From Adineta vaga (Eukaryota > Animalia > Rotifera), in assembly GCA_021613535.1 (NCBI GenBank), contig CP075494.1, forward strand, positions 12,028,001-12,092,000: a DNA stretch of 64,000 nt. Reading direction: 5' to 3'. The notes below the pieces were generated by a model. That model was not told where the DNA came from. It made no database searches and was given only the letters and a program-made list of their open reading frames with translations. Shown here in pieces: positions 27,042-40,635 of this stretch; position 1 is the first letter of the stretch; every line of letters starts with the position of its first letter. The position numbers and the translations under genes were made by a program.

Positions 27042-27257
27042 ATGAATGCAACAGATATTGCTTATAGAAATCCTTTATCACTAACAAAAAATCAACAATA
27101 TTTTATGTATATTATTAGTGTTTCACTTAGTGTTCTTACAGTTTTCATAGTATTTATTGTACCTTTTGTAATTATTATGTTTCGTATACAACGACGTCAA
27201 CACCACCAACAACAAATGAATTTTCGAGAATCTCAATGTAGTACTGAATTCATGTAG
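27042..27257 (+). CDS. Possible small single-pass membrane protein (71 aa)
   Basis: One long hydrophobic helix followed by basic RIQRR, N-terminal NAT sequon, upstream acceptor TTTTTTAG ending ~27014; no homology recognised. Confidence 0.4.
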   Translation: MNATDIAYRNPLSLTKNQQYFMYIISVSLSVLTVFIVFIVPFVIIMFRIQRRQHHQQQMNFRESQCSTEFM

Positions 27258-28288
27258 TTTTATTCTATTGTATTGTATTAATTCTATTTCAATATTTTGC
27301 AATGTAATAATATAAAGAAAAGAAAAAACTTAATTAACCATCAAAAAAACCTCTTTTTCAGTTTCACATAGATTTCTTCTTTCTTTTTCTGCAAATGACA
27401 AATATGAAGAGTATATTGATTGGATATCGAAGAATAACTTTAACAATCAGCATGTGATGCTCTAGTAATGATTTTATTTCAATATTCCCTCCCGCTCTTT
27501 TCATCATGTAATCACTCTCTCTTGATTGAAACTCAACATAGACATTTCTATTTTCTTAGCTCTCAATGCGCTGCATGTATGTTTCTCCCTCCCTCCCTAT
27601 TCCTATTACTTCAACGAAAATGACATTCATTCGTTTTATTTGTTTTTGTCACTTTCAGCAGACACGCCATTATAAAACATCAATCATAGTATTTCGTTTT
27701 CGTTTTCATTTTCATTACGATAATTTCGATTGAATTTTTGTTGAAAAAAATCTTTTAAAACTTTTCCAACAGGCTCACTTACACGCAATCGTTCGTGATT
27801 ATTTTATCTTCATATATACATTTCTCTTCAAGGTATCTTATGATTAGCGACCTCTATGAACAATTCAATGTATATTCAACAATCATATCTATAGATTTCA
27901 TTTTCAATTGATCAAAAGAAAACATTGATTATTGATTTGATGATCTATCGGAAAAAAATAATTTCGAGAATTCCTTGTCGAGGTTTTACTCAGCTCCCTG
28001 AATGCTCCATCACAATGACAGTAATGTCGACGAATGAAATGAACAAGAATATAAGCGAATAACCGCCACTGCATTTGCCCATACTATATACTACATATAT
28101 ATATATATATATATATTCTAACTTATTTGTTTATTTACCTCTCTTTCCGATCTTTCTCTTTTCTCAGTTTTCTTCTTTTTTATTTTTGGAAAAAAAACTA
28201 AAAAAAGAACGATTTCATTGTTCATATATTATCATTGAATTAAGTCGAAATCAATGTCCTTCAAAAACTAATATTCAGGAATGAGGAC

Positions 28289-31200
28289 ATGGAAAATGAG
28301 ACTTTACAATGCCGTTCAACAGCTACAATCAAGAATATGGGTAGAAAATTTTCATTTGTAATTCATCGAAACAATCTTGTATTCATTCATGTTTTTTGAA
28401 GGAATAAATTCTTATTCTGCATTTGGCGCTCAAGGTAACATTACTGACGATAAATTAACTCTTTTACCTGTACTACAAGAAACACCTACTATAACACAAG
28501 AACGACAGACATCCGAATCAAAACATACACCTTACGACGAACAGTTATCATCAAGGTTAATAACTTGTCTATTAATTTGTTACAATAGAAATATGTTTTT
28601 TCATTTTAATTTAGTACTTCAACTATGAACTGGGATATGGAAACGAATTTTATATGTCCAACAGTTGTTCATCATTCTTCGAATAATAATAATAATAATA
28701 ATAATAACAATAATAATTATGTTCATTTAAATGAATGTATTTTACAAACAAATCCATCAACAACAATTATACAAACTCCACAAGCAACGAAATTAAGTAT
28801 GAAAAAAACTTCTATTTCGAAGAAAAGAAAAGGACATTCATTGATTTTTCATGATAGATAATGATGATGCAATTGGAAATAACACTCAACAACAATCAAC
28901 AAAACAGAATTTCTCAAATTTTGCTAATACAGATCTTAATGGTAAAGATAAGGTTTCATGTTCTCTTCAAAATTAGAAGCCATATGTAAAGTTCATTGTC
29001 TTCGATGTTGACTGTCAAGGATAACATATGAATGTCTAGATTGTTTTCAAATTTTGCTGAGAGTTACTATAAGATTTACTAAAAATGAGACTTAATCTTT
29101 GCTTTAAACAGTGATAAATATCCATCCAAAAGGAATCAATAGTTTAATAATTGGACAATTTTATTTGATTTTATAGGTTCAAAAGTAATTCGTTTAGTTC
29201 GTGCTAAACAAGCTACTAAACGTAAATCAAGTTTAGATACATTAATTGAAGTTGTCCAAAAAGAATTACTTCGTGTTAATGGTCAGTCCAATTCCACTTC
29301 ACCATCATCATCTCCGCCTCATTATTCTCAAACACGTTCTACAACATCATCGTCTTCATTCAAACCAATACAGCCACAACAGCAGCAGCAGCAGCAACAA
29401 CAACAACAACAAAATCGACCAATGTTATCTTCTGTATTACCATCATCACATCCAAGTTCGTTAACATCTCAATCGAATCATTCGTTCAAAACAGCACGTA
29501 AACGAATGAATCATCAATTAAACAGTACAAAACGAACATTATCAAATCGTCATCGAAGTAAATCTTTTAATACAAACAATGATGACCTTACTGATGATCT
29601 TGATCTTTTGAATGAAGATGATATTAATAATAATAATCATGATGAACAACAACAACAACAACAAAACTATGAATCTATTGATCCTACACAATCTTCAACA
29701 GAAAATATTGAAGAAATTGTTCGTGATACCGTTGATCGACTTGTTGCTATAACACTTCTTAATAATGCACCATTTATTGTTAATATGATTACTGGTACGC
29801 CAGGTAATGGTGTTAATACAAATTCCGAATCAAAAACATTGACAAATACAACAAATACAAATGTAAGTTTTGAATGCTGAGTTAATCGATCAATAATTAG
29901 TAAAACTATAGATTCGTAGAATATAAGTTTAGTCAAGAACTTTTAAGAAAGCTCACATATATTCCAGACTCAAATTAATTATATTATCTAATTAGATTGT
30001 CATCATTTACCAGATAGAGAACGTTCTATTTTCCTTTTCTAGACTGCATCTACTATAAAAACTCCGACAACGACAGCATCATCTGATTATTATCGTAATG
30101 ATCTCGCATTGCTTTCATCGACCGCTAGTGAATTACGAAATTCTATGCAACAAATATCCCCTCCTAAGCAACCAATAGTGATACAATCAAATTCATCGAC
30201 AGATTCATCAAAACCTTCGACATTATTTGTTACTCCACGAATATTAAATTTTCAAACTGTTGTACCAAAACCAACAACTAACATCCAAATCGGTAATACC
30301 AAGATCATACTTGTATCACCATCTACAGCAACAACAACAAATTCTTCAAGTCAACAATCACAGCAATGTCTTGTTAATAATAGTCCAGTTAAATATGTGA
30401 AATTAACTCCAACATTACCAAAAAATGTTCAAATTGTAATTCCATCACGAACATCAAATGAATCTCTTTCAACAACAATTCGTCCTCTATCAACACTAAC
30501 AACTTGTTCAATGGATCAAATTCCTCAAGCAGCACAAGAAGTAACGATAACAACATCACCAAATTTAAATAGACCACGAAGACGTTCTTCAAGTACAACA
30601 CCAACAGATAAACCTGTCGGAAAAATTTTACGACCAATTGCAAAAGTACTTCCAGTTTATTCATCAAATACTAATACTCATGGTTTGTTATCATTGAAAT
30701 CGATATTTATTCATTTATTTCTTTCTCTTTTCAGCAACTAGCCCATCATCGACTGTAATTACAAGTTCAACCAATGATGATCTATCAAAATCAATGGCTG
30801 TTAATTTTCAACAACGATCATCAACAACACACGGTCCAATGATTTATCGAATGACATCAATGAATCCCAGTATGTTTGATGACATGAAGATCGTTCTCAG
30901 AAAGAGTATTATTTATTTCTAGATGTACCTGTTTTTCGCGTACGTGCTACAACTACTCCGACATCTTCAACAATAAAAACTGATTCTAAACCAATATCAG
31001 TTACGACTGCTACAAGCATGTGCTATGAACCTAAACCGATGCATAATACAGCAACAACAGGTGGATCTGTTTCTGTAGTTGCTTGCTTCAAAACGACAAA
31101 GAAAAGAAATAAAGTATGTTTCTAACTACTATTGAATAGTAAATACATATATATATATATATATATATCTGATTGACCAAATCGATCAACATTGATATCA

Positions 31201-32703
31201 GTAGCTAATATCAGTGGAATTGAAACAAAACGTTTTTCTATGCTACTTATGCCGATTCATTTGTCAACTGAATCTTGTCAGACCTTGAGATATGACTTCT
31301 TCGAGGTTAAGATTTGATATGCCAGATATTCCGTACAAACGATCAGTAATAAGATAAGATGACTCGAATATTTATTTCTTTTTCGTAACTTCATTGACAC
31401 ATCTCACTTCTTATTTGATTAATTAATTCTGTAACTATAATTATATATAAATCTATTTTAGGAACGAGCCATCATGCCTCGTCCAAGTCCAAATGATTCT
31501 GTCGATACTTCTCATGATTTACAACAACGATTAAATGCCATACAAACTACTAATTCATCAATATCTACAACCAATTTATCTTTAACTATTAACAATCATT
31601 CAACAGCAGATGAACTAACAAATAACAATAATAACTCATCTCTTTTCCCATCAACACCTACTCGTCTTATTCAACAGTCTACTTTACCAACAACACTTTC
31701 CGATAAAATAACATCAAATCAACATGTATTATCAAGACAACAACAACATAATGATTCAATAATAGCATCGAATGAACCTGATATATCTTCTTCAAATAGT
31801 ATTCCAATTCATCGTAGTAGTCCTATTCAATTAAATAATAATCCAAATTCGATTAAAACTATAACAACTCCATTAATAGCATCTATAGAATCATTAAGAT
31901 CAACATCAATGACACGACCATTGATGAAAGATAAATCTATTCAATGTATTGATGATAATGCGAACAGTACTCAAGTTGATGAACAACCTCGCAAAAGTAA
32001 TTTTAATTGATTAATTTTGAATTGAAATTAAACAAAAATTTTCTTTTTCTTCTCCTATCTAGATAATCCATCAAAGAAACGAAATGGACATTCTCAAGAG
32101 GATAATTCATCAAGTGATAAAAGTTGGACAGAAGCAGCTGATACGTAAGATTTCTTCTCTTCCTTTACAATGCATTATCGTTTTACTTTTAAGGCTTCTT
32201 CGTAATGCCCTTTCTCAATATGGCTTTCGTTTTCTTGACGTCAATTGTCAACAAAATTTATCAGCTAGTTTTGATTCTATTCAAGCAAATCTTGTCGTAA
32301 GTTTATCATTATCAAATTTTTTCCTCTACTCACTAAACGATCGTATTACACATGTTATATTTTAAATCTTATGAGAAAATATATTAGTCTTTAGATTGAA
32401 ACATCAATCTATCGTTGTTTGTCCTTTTCTATTTCAGAGTGGCATGATATCATCGAAAGATGATTTTTACAAATCTGTTCTTGATATAAAAGAAATTTTA
32501 CTTAAAAATGATTTATCAAAAATCTCGGCTGATAATTTAGAAAAGATATTTAATTATTTTGAAGTTGAATATCCAAAATTATGTGATGGTGACTCATTTA
32601 ATCGAACAAATGATCGAGTAAATTAATCGAATTAACTAAAAACAAAAAAAGCATTTGATACATATTTTCTTTTCTTTTTCAGAAACGAGCACGTCGACAA
32701 TAG
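28289..32703 (+). CDS. Large Ser/Thr/Asn/Gln-rich multi-exon protein with a C-terminal degenerate bromodomain-like region and terminal KRARRQ
   Basis: ORF segments at 28625, 29422, 30109, 31474 and 32396 link through GT-AG introns (several junctions checked in frame); C-terminal ASFDSIQANLVSGMISSKDDFYKSVLDI...NYFEVEYPKL. Confidence 0.65.
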
Positions 32704-33332
32704 AACGATGACTATGTCGAAATATCTCTTGTTTTGTTCTTTTTTAGTGTTTCTCTTCTAACCCTATGTACATATGCATTTTTTTCCTTGATAAAAAAAA
32801 ACTACTATTTCTTGTTCGTTTTCCGTTACTGTTTTGGTTATTTGTTTTCTTCTCGGTTCAACGATCGTTCGATAGACTTTGCAATAGATGTTCTATCAAC
32901 AAGAGAACAACATGTACATGTCAGTTTCTTTCTTCTTCCATGTATAGGAAAAGAAATATGCATTCAATTATTGATTTCTACCTTGTAAACTGAATCTGCT
33001 TGTTTTTTTGCTTAAACAAAATTAACGATCAACCGTGAAAGAGAGACAGAGAGAGAAAGAGAACAAGTAATGCTGTTTCTCGTTCTTTCTTTTTGAATAT
33101 GTGTATTATTTTATCATGTTTTCCTTTTTTCTTTTTTTTTTCGTTTGTTTTGTTTTTCTCGACTTGTTCATGTGAGAGATAAAAAGATCTATTTATCATT
33201 TTCACCCATCATATAGTTGTGCATACATGATGTGTTTATTTAAAAATAAAAAAAAGACACCGACGGAAAAGAAGAACATTATATTTTGCTTTTTATTATT
33301 TTCAAATCAGTTTTAGATGAATCTTTAATACA

Positions 33333-36300
33333 ATGCCAAAAGGTTCAGACACATTGGTTAAAGAGTGTCACGATTGTGGACAAAGTGGTGAGTCATTTGT
33401 ACTATTTTTATACTAGAGAAAAGTTTGAAATTGAGAAGTAGAGTACTTCTGTTCCGAGAAAATTATTTGCAGGATTGACATAAAAGAATGCAACTAAGAT
33501 TTTGTTGTTTAGGTCCTGAATGGTGCTCAATCAATCATGGTGTGCTATTGTGTGATGAATGTTGTAGTGTTCATTTAAGTCTTGGTCGACATATATCTCA
33601 AATAAAATCATTTAAACGAAGTTATTGGCCACCAAGTCAATTACATGTAAAATCTAACTTTAATTCGAGATTTTCGTATGTTTTTTTTTCTTCTTTCGAT
33701 ATAGTTAATTCAAGAATTGAGTTCTAATGGTGCTAATCTTGTTTGGGAATATGGTCTACTTGATCCACAAAATAAATTACCAAGAAAAAAACCATCGGCC
33801 AAAGATTCTTTACCGTAAAATAAAATTGATTTCATTATTCAAATACATCGTTCTGTTTGGTTTTTCTTTTCTCTAGAGTTAAAGCAGATTTTATTCGAAC
33901 AAAATATCAACAAATGGCTTATATCAATCGTTTAAAAGATGAAACCAATGGAACATTTGAAGATTTACATTTAGTATGATTGACAAATGAATAGTTTTGA
34001 TTTGGTAAAAACTGAAATTTCTCTTTCTAGCAATTACATTCCATTGCACGAACAGATAATATTGTTACATGTTTACGATTTCTTTCTCAAGGAGCAGATC
34101 CAAATTTTAAAAATCCAGTAAATTGAAATTATGCTGTTTGAAAAACGTTTTATTATCTCTTTCATAGGAAACTGGTACTTCATCAGTTCATGTTGCAGCA
34201 AGTCGTGGTCAACAAAATCAAATTGAAGTAAGTTTGAATCCATATTTGATCGAGAATCATTGGAAATTGTTTAGCTATTATGTATATTTGGTGGTGATCC
34301 AGCAGCGATTGATAGTTCTGGAGTTTCACCAGAAGAACATGCACGAGCAAATGGTTATTGTGATTTAGCTGATCGATTAGTTGAACTTCAATATGAATTA
34401 ACCGATCGTCTTACTTGTTTCATTGGTGGTAAACGACCAGATCATAAAACTGGATTACATATTAATCTTCCTGAACTTAATGAAAAGTATTTTAAATGAT
34501 TCGAAAAGTAAATCTTATCATTGCGTTTATATTATATTTATTCTAGTCTTGATATATCTGATCAAGCGCTTCTTGCTCGAAAAAAACTACAACAGGTAAA
34601 AAGATTTTGTTCTGAAGAAAAATAAACTCATCAATTTCTCTAAAAATATTAGTTACCTGATCAATTATTCGAAGATTTAGCAATGGATGTTTTTGATGAA
34701 GTTGAACGGAGAGAATTGAATACAGGTACAAGAAAAATCTTCTTTTCCTATTTTGTGTTTACCCATGGTTGATAATTTTATCTAGTTTGGCATGCACAAG
34801 TGGATAAAGCCTTAATACCTCTGCATGTTGTACCATTTCTACCCGTTAATCCTGTATTTTCTGCAACACGTAATCAGGTAAGAGAGAAATCTACTTTTAA
34901 TTAAAGATAAAACATCCAATACTTCTTTTAAATAATTAAATAGTTGATAATTTCATCATCTGAATTTTTCCACTTTTTAGGGTCGTCAAAAACTTGCTCG
35001 TTATGGTCCTAAAGAATTCACTACATTCATCTACGATATATTAAATGAAGTTCGTCGTCGATATCATGGTATTGTTCAACAATCACCTGTTTCACCTAGC
35101 TCAACATCAAAATGTACGGAACTTTCTTATTCATTTATTCTTTTTTTACATCTATTTTCGTTATTTCCATAGTTCACACATTACCTCGACAACATAATCA
35201 AACGAATATGACGAATAATAATGCATCAATATCAACACAAGACATGTTACATGTCAATGGACCACCAATAATGTCTTCTACAGCTGCATTGATCAATGCA
35301 TTTATCGATTCAGATGATGAACCATTATATGATAAAGTCGCGTCTGATGAAGATTATAGTAGTTTACCTCCTAATGAACAACAAAAACGTAATAAAATTC
35401 ATAAGAAATTTAAAAAAGTAAGCTTAATCAGATTATTTCTTTTTGATATAGATTGAAATTATATTTTTTTTTCTCGTAGCCATTATTATTTGATTCTTCT
35501 AAAGAACATTTTGCTGATGGTTCATTACAATCACCAAACGGAGTAAGAAGTTTTTCATTTACTTGTTTTTTTTTCATCGATCACATTCTATTTTCTAGAG
35601 TATGAATTTCTCAGAAATATCAAATGATGAAACATCGAGAAACCATCGTTCTAATGATTTAAAATCACGTGTTGCAAACACTGAACTTCAATTGAAATAT
35701 TTAGCATGTGCTCATATAGATTTAAAAAATGAATTAGCTGTTTTACATCAAATGGTAAACATTCTTTATCGAACACATTTTTCAAATTATTTTTCTTCAT
35801 TTAATTAGATTCAACGATTACTCGATGAAAGTCTTTTGAATAAAGTTGATCTTCAAGTATCAAATGATATGATTACAAATCATAATAACAATATTTCTTG
35901 TTCACATATGGAAGTTCATACATCAACTATGGTTAATGGTGATGATGCAAATAGAATTATTAATAAAGTAAAGATTCTTTCAGTGTTATGCTGATAATAG
36001 AATATTGTTTTTAGTCAATTCAACAATTATTTGATAATCATAGTCGTCAGTCAAGTCCAATCGTTGAAAGTGATTATGATAATACAACAGTTATTGAAGA
36101 TCCAGACAAGTAAAGATATCATCAATTTTCTTCTATCATTTGGGATTGTTTTTTTTTTGGAATAATTTTAGTCCGGGAACTCATATAATTCGACAAACAT
36201 CACTTGGTCATGACAAAAGGTAATTTATTTATTTTCAATTTCATGTTTTTATATTCTTTGTATAGATCCAGTCGCAGTATGCAACGATTCCCTCAATCAG

Positions 36301-37052
36301 ATGATGATAGTACGAATGGATTAAATAATAGTCGACCATTTCGTTCGACAGATTATATTAATTCAACAAATATCGAAGTACCAATTACAAAATCTTCAAC
36401 AGTTACAAATTCAATGCAAAAATCAACAATTCCAATAACTAATGGTCGAGCTCGATCATGTTCAGGTGGTCGAAATAAAGTTGTTTCACCGACAGTTCAA
36501 TCACGCAAAGGTTAGTCGAATAATCTTAATTGATTGTAGAACAAACTGAAACATTGTTTTTAGCATCCAATGGACAAACTGAATCCATTGGTGATATTGA
36601 TAAACGAACAAGAAAAATTACTCATCGAATTGCTGAATTATTTAGTTTAATCAAAGAAAATCAATCAGATCGGTAGCTCTCTATAAAATCATAAAAATTC
36701 ATTCGATAAGTAACCTTTCATTTTCAGATATATCACATGTGCAGAACGAATCAATAGTTCTGTTCAAGATATGATTCGTCTATTTGATAGAGTATGTCAC
36801 CATTGAATAATCTACCTTTCATTTTTGTCTATATGTCTTTCAATTTAGCTTTCATTAACTGAAGAAATACGAACAAATCTTGATATGTTAAATTCAAGTT
36901 CTCAACAACTTCTTGCTCATGCAACATTAAAAGACAAACTTCCAATAATTAATAATACAAATCGTACTGAACAAATTCAATTTATTATTGATGATTGTTA
37001 TAATATTGCATTAGCTACCAAAAGTCTTGTTGGACTTTATCAAAAATTATAA
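33333..37052 (+). CDS. GIT: GIT-family ArfGAP/ankyrin/SHD/paxillin-binding scaffold, with catalytic Arg replaced by Leu
   Basis: CHDC..PEWCSINHGVLLCDECCSVHLSLGRHISQIK; ankyrin repeats; LVELQYELTDRL; SHD FEDLAMDVFDEVERRE and NQGRQKLAR; YDKVASDEDY; SDYDNT; C-terminal CYNIALATKSLV. Confidence 0.93.
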
Positions 37053-38070
37053 AACAATCATTTATCTCGTATTAATTGTTCGTCTTTCATCGAAAATCTT
37101 TTTTGTCTTCTCTTCTTCTTCTTTTTTTTTACAAATGTTTGTTTATATCTAACGATATAATCATTTATGCAATATAATCAAACATTATTTATACTTCCAA
37201 AGATGAATTTTACTAACTTCTAATCTCAGGTATATGAATTTCTTCTCCGAAGAGATGCGATGAGCAATCTCATTAAATCACATTTACTCTTTCGTGCTTG
37301 TTCTTTCTATCTACGCGTGCTTGTACATCCTTTTCACTCTCTCTCTCTCTCTTTTTTAAATATAAATATAATAGTTCGATTAAAAAGTCATACACATCTT
37401 TTAATTGCATCGAGTGACGTGAGCAATTATAATTATTCGTCGACAAATGAAAAGGATATTTTTTTCAAGATAAAACATGTTTATTTTCTTTTTAATAACC
37501 ACACAGAAGAGAAAAGGAAATGTTTGATACTATGCTGAAGAAACATTGACTTGATGACCAATCTGACTATAGTCACATAGTATCGCGTGTAGTTACAATC
37601 AACAACAGAGAAAATGAAGGAAAACAAATCGGAAGATCGAAAAATAAGCATTGTTTTTTTTCTCAAACTTTATATCACAATCGAATGAGAAGAGAACTGT
37701 TTCACTATTATTCATCGATCAAGCGAGGATGCACAAAAAAGGAAAACAAAAACGAAGTCTATTTCTTCAGTCAAAATATTTCTAAAAAAACAAAAAAGAC
37801 TAGAAATGACTCTTGTTATTGTTCTTAACTAAACACACACACGCAAAAAGTGAGAGAGAAAGAGAAAAAACACATCTATTGCAAGAACCTGATTAGAAAA
37901 GAAAGAATCACCGTCCTCGTCATTGACAGAGACTCTGAGCCGTATGTACAAAATACTGCTTTGCTATGCACATACATACACATATTTGGAAAGAGATTGT
38001 ATAAGTAACAAAGCATTTCTGTACAAATAAGAGAAAATAATGAAATGATCATTCTCATAAAATTTTCATC

Positions 38071-38538
38071 TTAAGCCTTAACAGATATATACGGTGCTGG
38101 AAATTGGTTATAATGTTGTGTAGGATAAAATGAATGATTGAAACCTCTGTTTTGCTTTTTGTAATTCGATTTACGAGAAGATTTTTGTTGAGATTTTTCT
38201 TTAGCTTCTTCTATTAATAGAGAAGGTTTTTCTTTAATTTCTTCTGCTAATGGAGAAATCGTTTCATCAATGGTTGTTAAATACCATGATTCAGGTGGTT
38301 GTGGTAATGCTGAACAATCAGGAGGATCAGCATATACATTTGAATAGAATAATGGAACAGCTGGTAATGAACTAGCTGACAGTGCTGTCGGTGATGTCGT
38401 ATGAGAATTTGCCTTTTTTGAATACGTTGATCCCATACTACTATTTGATCGAATACGATTCGAATTAGGAACAGGTATGGCATAGGAATTTTTCATACGC
38501 TGTTGTTGTTTAAATGGAGATTTTCTATTATTGTTCAT
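38071..38538 (-). CDS. PNRC-like (proline-rich nuclear receptor coactivator/decapping cofactor) protein, 155 aa
   Basis: FYSNVYADPPDCSALPQPPESW resembles the PNRC motif [22 protein letters not shown]. Confidence 0.7.
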   Translation of the reverse strand: MNNNRKSPFKQQQRMKNSYAIPVPNSNRIRSNSSMGSTYSKKANSHTTSPTALSASSLPAVPLFYSNVYADPPDCSALPQPPESWYLTTIDETISPLAEEIKEKPSLLIEEAKEKSQQKSSRKSNYKKQNRGFNHSFYPTQHYNQFPAPYISVKA

Positions 38539-39643
38539 GTTGAATTGAGAAGAAAGGATAGAGGAGATCTAGAAACAAAAGAGATCATCATGACTTTAAT
38601 CTTTGTGTCGATTTTTTCCCTTTTGCATTTTGTAATAATAGGTTAAATAAAGTAAGTTGTACTCATACCATTTTATAAAAGAAAAAAAATGAATCGAAGA
38701 AATATATTCAAACGTAAAGAAAAAACCGAAGTGACGAGAGGCAAACAGAAAAAAAAGCTATTATATACAATACTTTACCATCACACTCATCGTTGATAGA
38801 AGAAACGAGGGGAGAAGAAAAAAACAGAACATACAACGACAAAGCCCCAATTCAATATGTATGCAGACAAAAAAAGAATCTATACGAAGGCGTAGAAAGC
38901 TTCATCACAGCTTCCCTTTCGTTCGTTCGTTCGTTCGTTCTTCCTTCATACTTACTTATAGTTTCTGACAATTATTGAATACTCGATTGTCCTTCAATGC
39001 AGCTGTTTACTTTAGTATATATACATATTCTGTCATTTTCATCTATCACACGAAGAGGAAAAACCCGTGATATACTTATTCGTCATGTCGCCAGCGACGC
39101 ATTACATCAGCAGTATTGCGAAAGAAAGGAATTATTTATCTTTATGAGTCATGAAAACAAAACAAGTACTTACAAATGGCGACTTTTTGCTGATAAATAG
39201 ATGATGTTTCATGGGCAAATTAGAAAAGAGGAATGGGGTAAAAAAAATTTTCGTTCATTGACACACATGACAATGAAGTTCTTTTCTCTTTCTCTCACTC
39301 TCTCTCTCACTCGCGCGCGCGTGCGCAAGTTGTAATCAAATCGATGTGTGCATATTCACTTACGCCTTATAACCGACGGGTGTACGAATAGACAAACGAA
39401 AAGAAAAAAAATGCGTGCTCGTCGAACGACATATGAGGCGTCACATGTGTTTGTATGTTGAAAACATTACAATAATGAAGAAAAATAGTTTTATTTATGT
39501 GAATGTGAATATACAATTAATTCTATCATGTAAAAAATGAAGGTCGTTACTAAGCAACGTTACAAAAGATAAATGAATTCATATACACGTGTATATTTTG
39601 TCACATATCTAACTAACTAAGTATTGTAGATTAGTTGAAAATT

Positions 39644-40635
39644 ATGGCACAAAAACCATCTGGTATGCTTACAGATGGAGGTTTATGGAATACTCGAAAA
39701 CCACAGTTTAGTACTGAAACATCGAAATTACTTAAAAGTATTGAATCAATAGCAGATTGAATGAAAAATAGTTATCTTATTGATCTTATTTAGCACTTAT
39801 GGATGAATCTCGAGTGAATAATTTTCAACGTCGTCAACTGACAAGTCATATGCTTCGTACGTTCGAAAAAGAAAGTTTGATATCATTTGAATATACTTTT
39901 GATATGTCTATCTGTAGGTGGTGAATCCTTGCCAGAAAAACTTGGTCCATCATCAACACAGACCAAAGCATCAGCCACCAAACGGAGAGAAAGTTCTCGA
40001 CCAACAAGGTAAATAAATGATTAAAATCAAAGCATCTTGTCTTTATGATCCGATATTTTTCTTTTCTAGAACTGCAAGTGGAACAGGAGTACGTACCTAC
40101 AATGATATTGTTAATTCTGGTGCGTATGTACCTGCTGATTATCAACCGAGACCAATCAGTATGTATGATTAATTAATGGAATTTAATTTGCAAAAAAGTA
40201 TTTAACTTTTGCAGAAGCTCGTACTGAACAAGAAAAAGATCGTCTAGCACATATGATGGCATATGGAATTGATCCAACAAAGATGCCGTCGAAATCAGCA
40301 CAAGATTCAGAATCACCACCACCACCGAAGGAACTTGATCGATTTGATGAATGTATGTTGACATCTTTATTCTTATGAAATATTTAATGAAATATTTCTC
40401 TTCAGTGATACTTGAAATTGAAGAACGGAAAAAGTTTCTTGATCAAATGACTGCACTTGGAAAACGAAGAGATTATCAACAAGTGATATCAAATGAAATA
40501 GCTGAAGTAAGAAGAATATCGAATTGAATTTATATACATATTAACGTTTATTTTATTTAGAAAATACGTGAAATGGAACAAATCGATCGACAACGTTCAA
40601 AAGCATTAGAAAAACGTTTGAATGAACGATCTTAA
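39644..40635 (+). CDS. C22orf23: UPF0193 protein EVG1 (C22orf23) homolog, multi-exon
   Basis: GGLW..KPQFSTETSKLLK.LMDESR.NNFQRRQL...GESLP; EKDRLAHMMAYG; DRFDE...EIEERKKFL..M.ALG; EIAEKIREMEQID. Confidence 0.88.
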
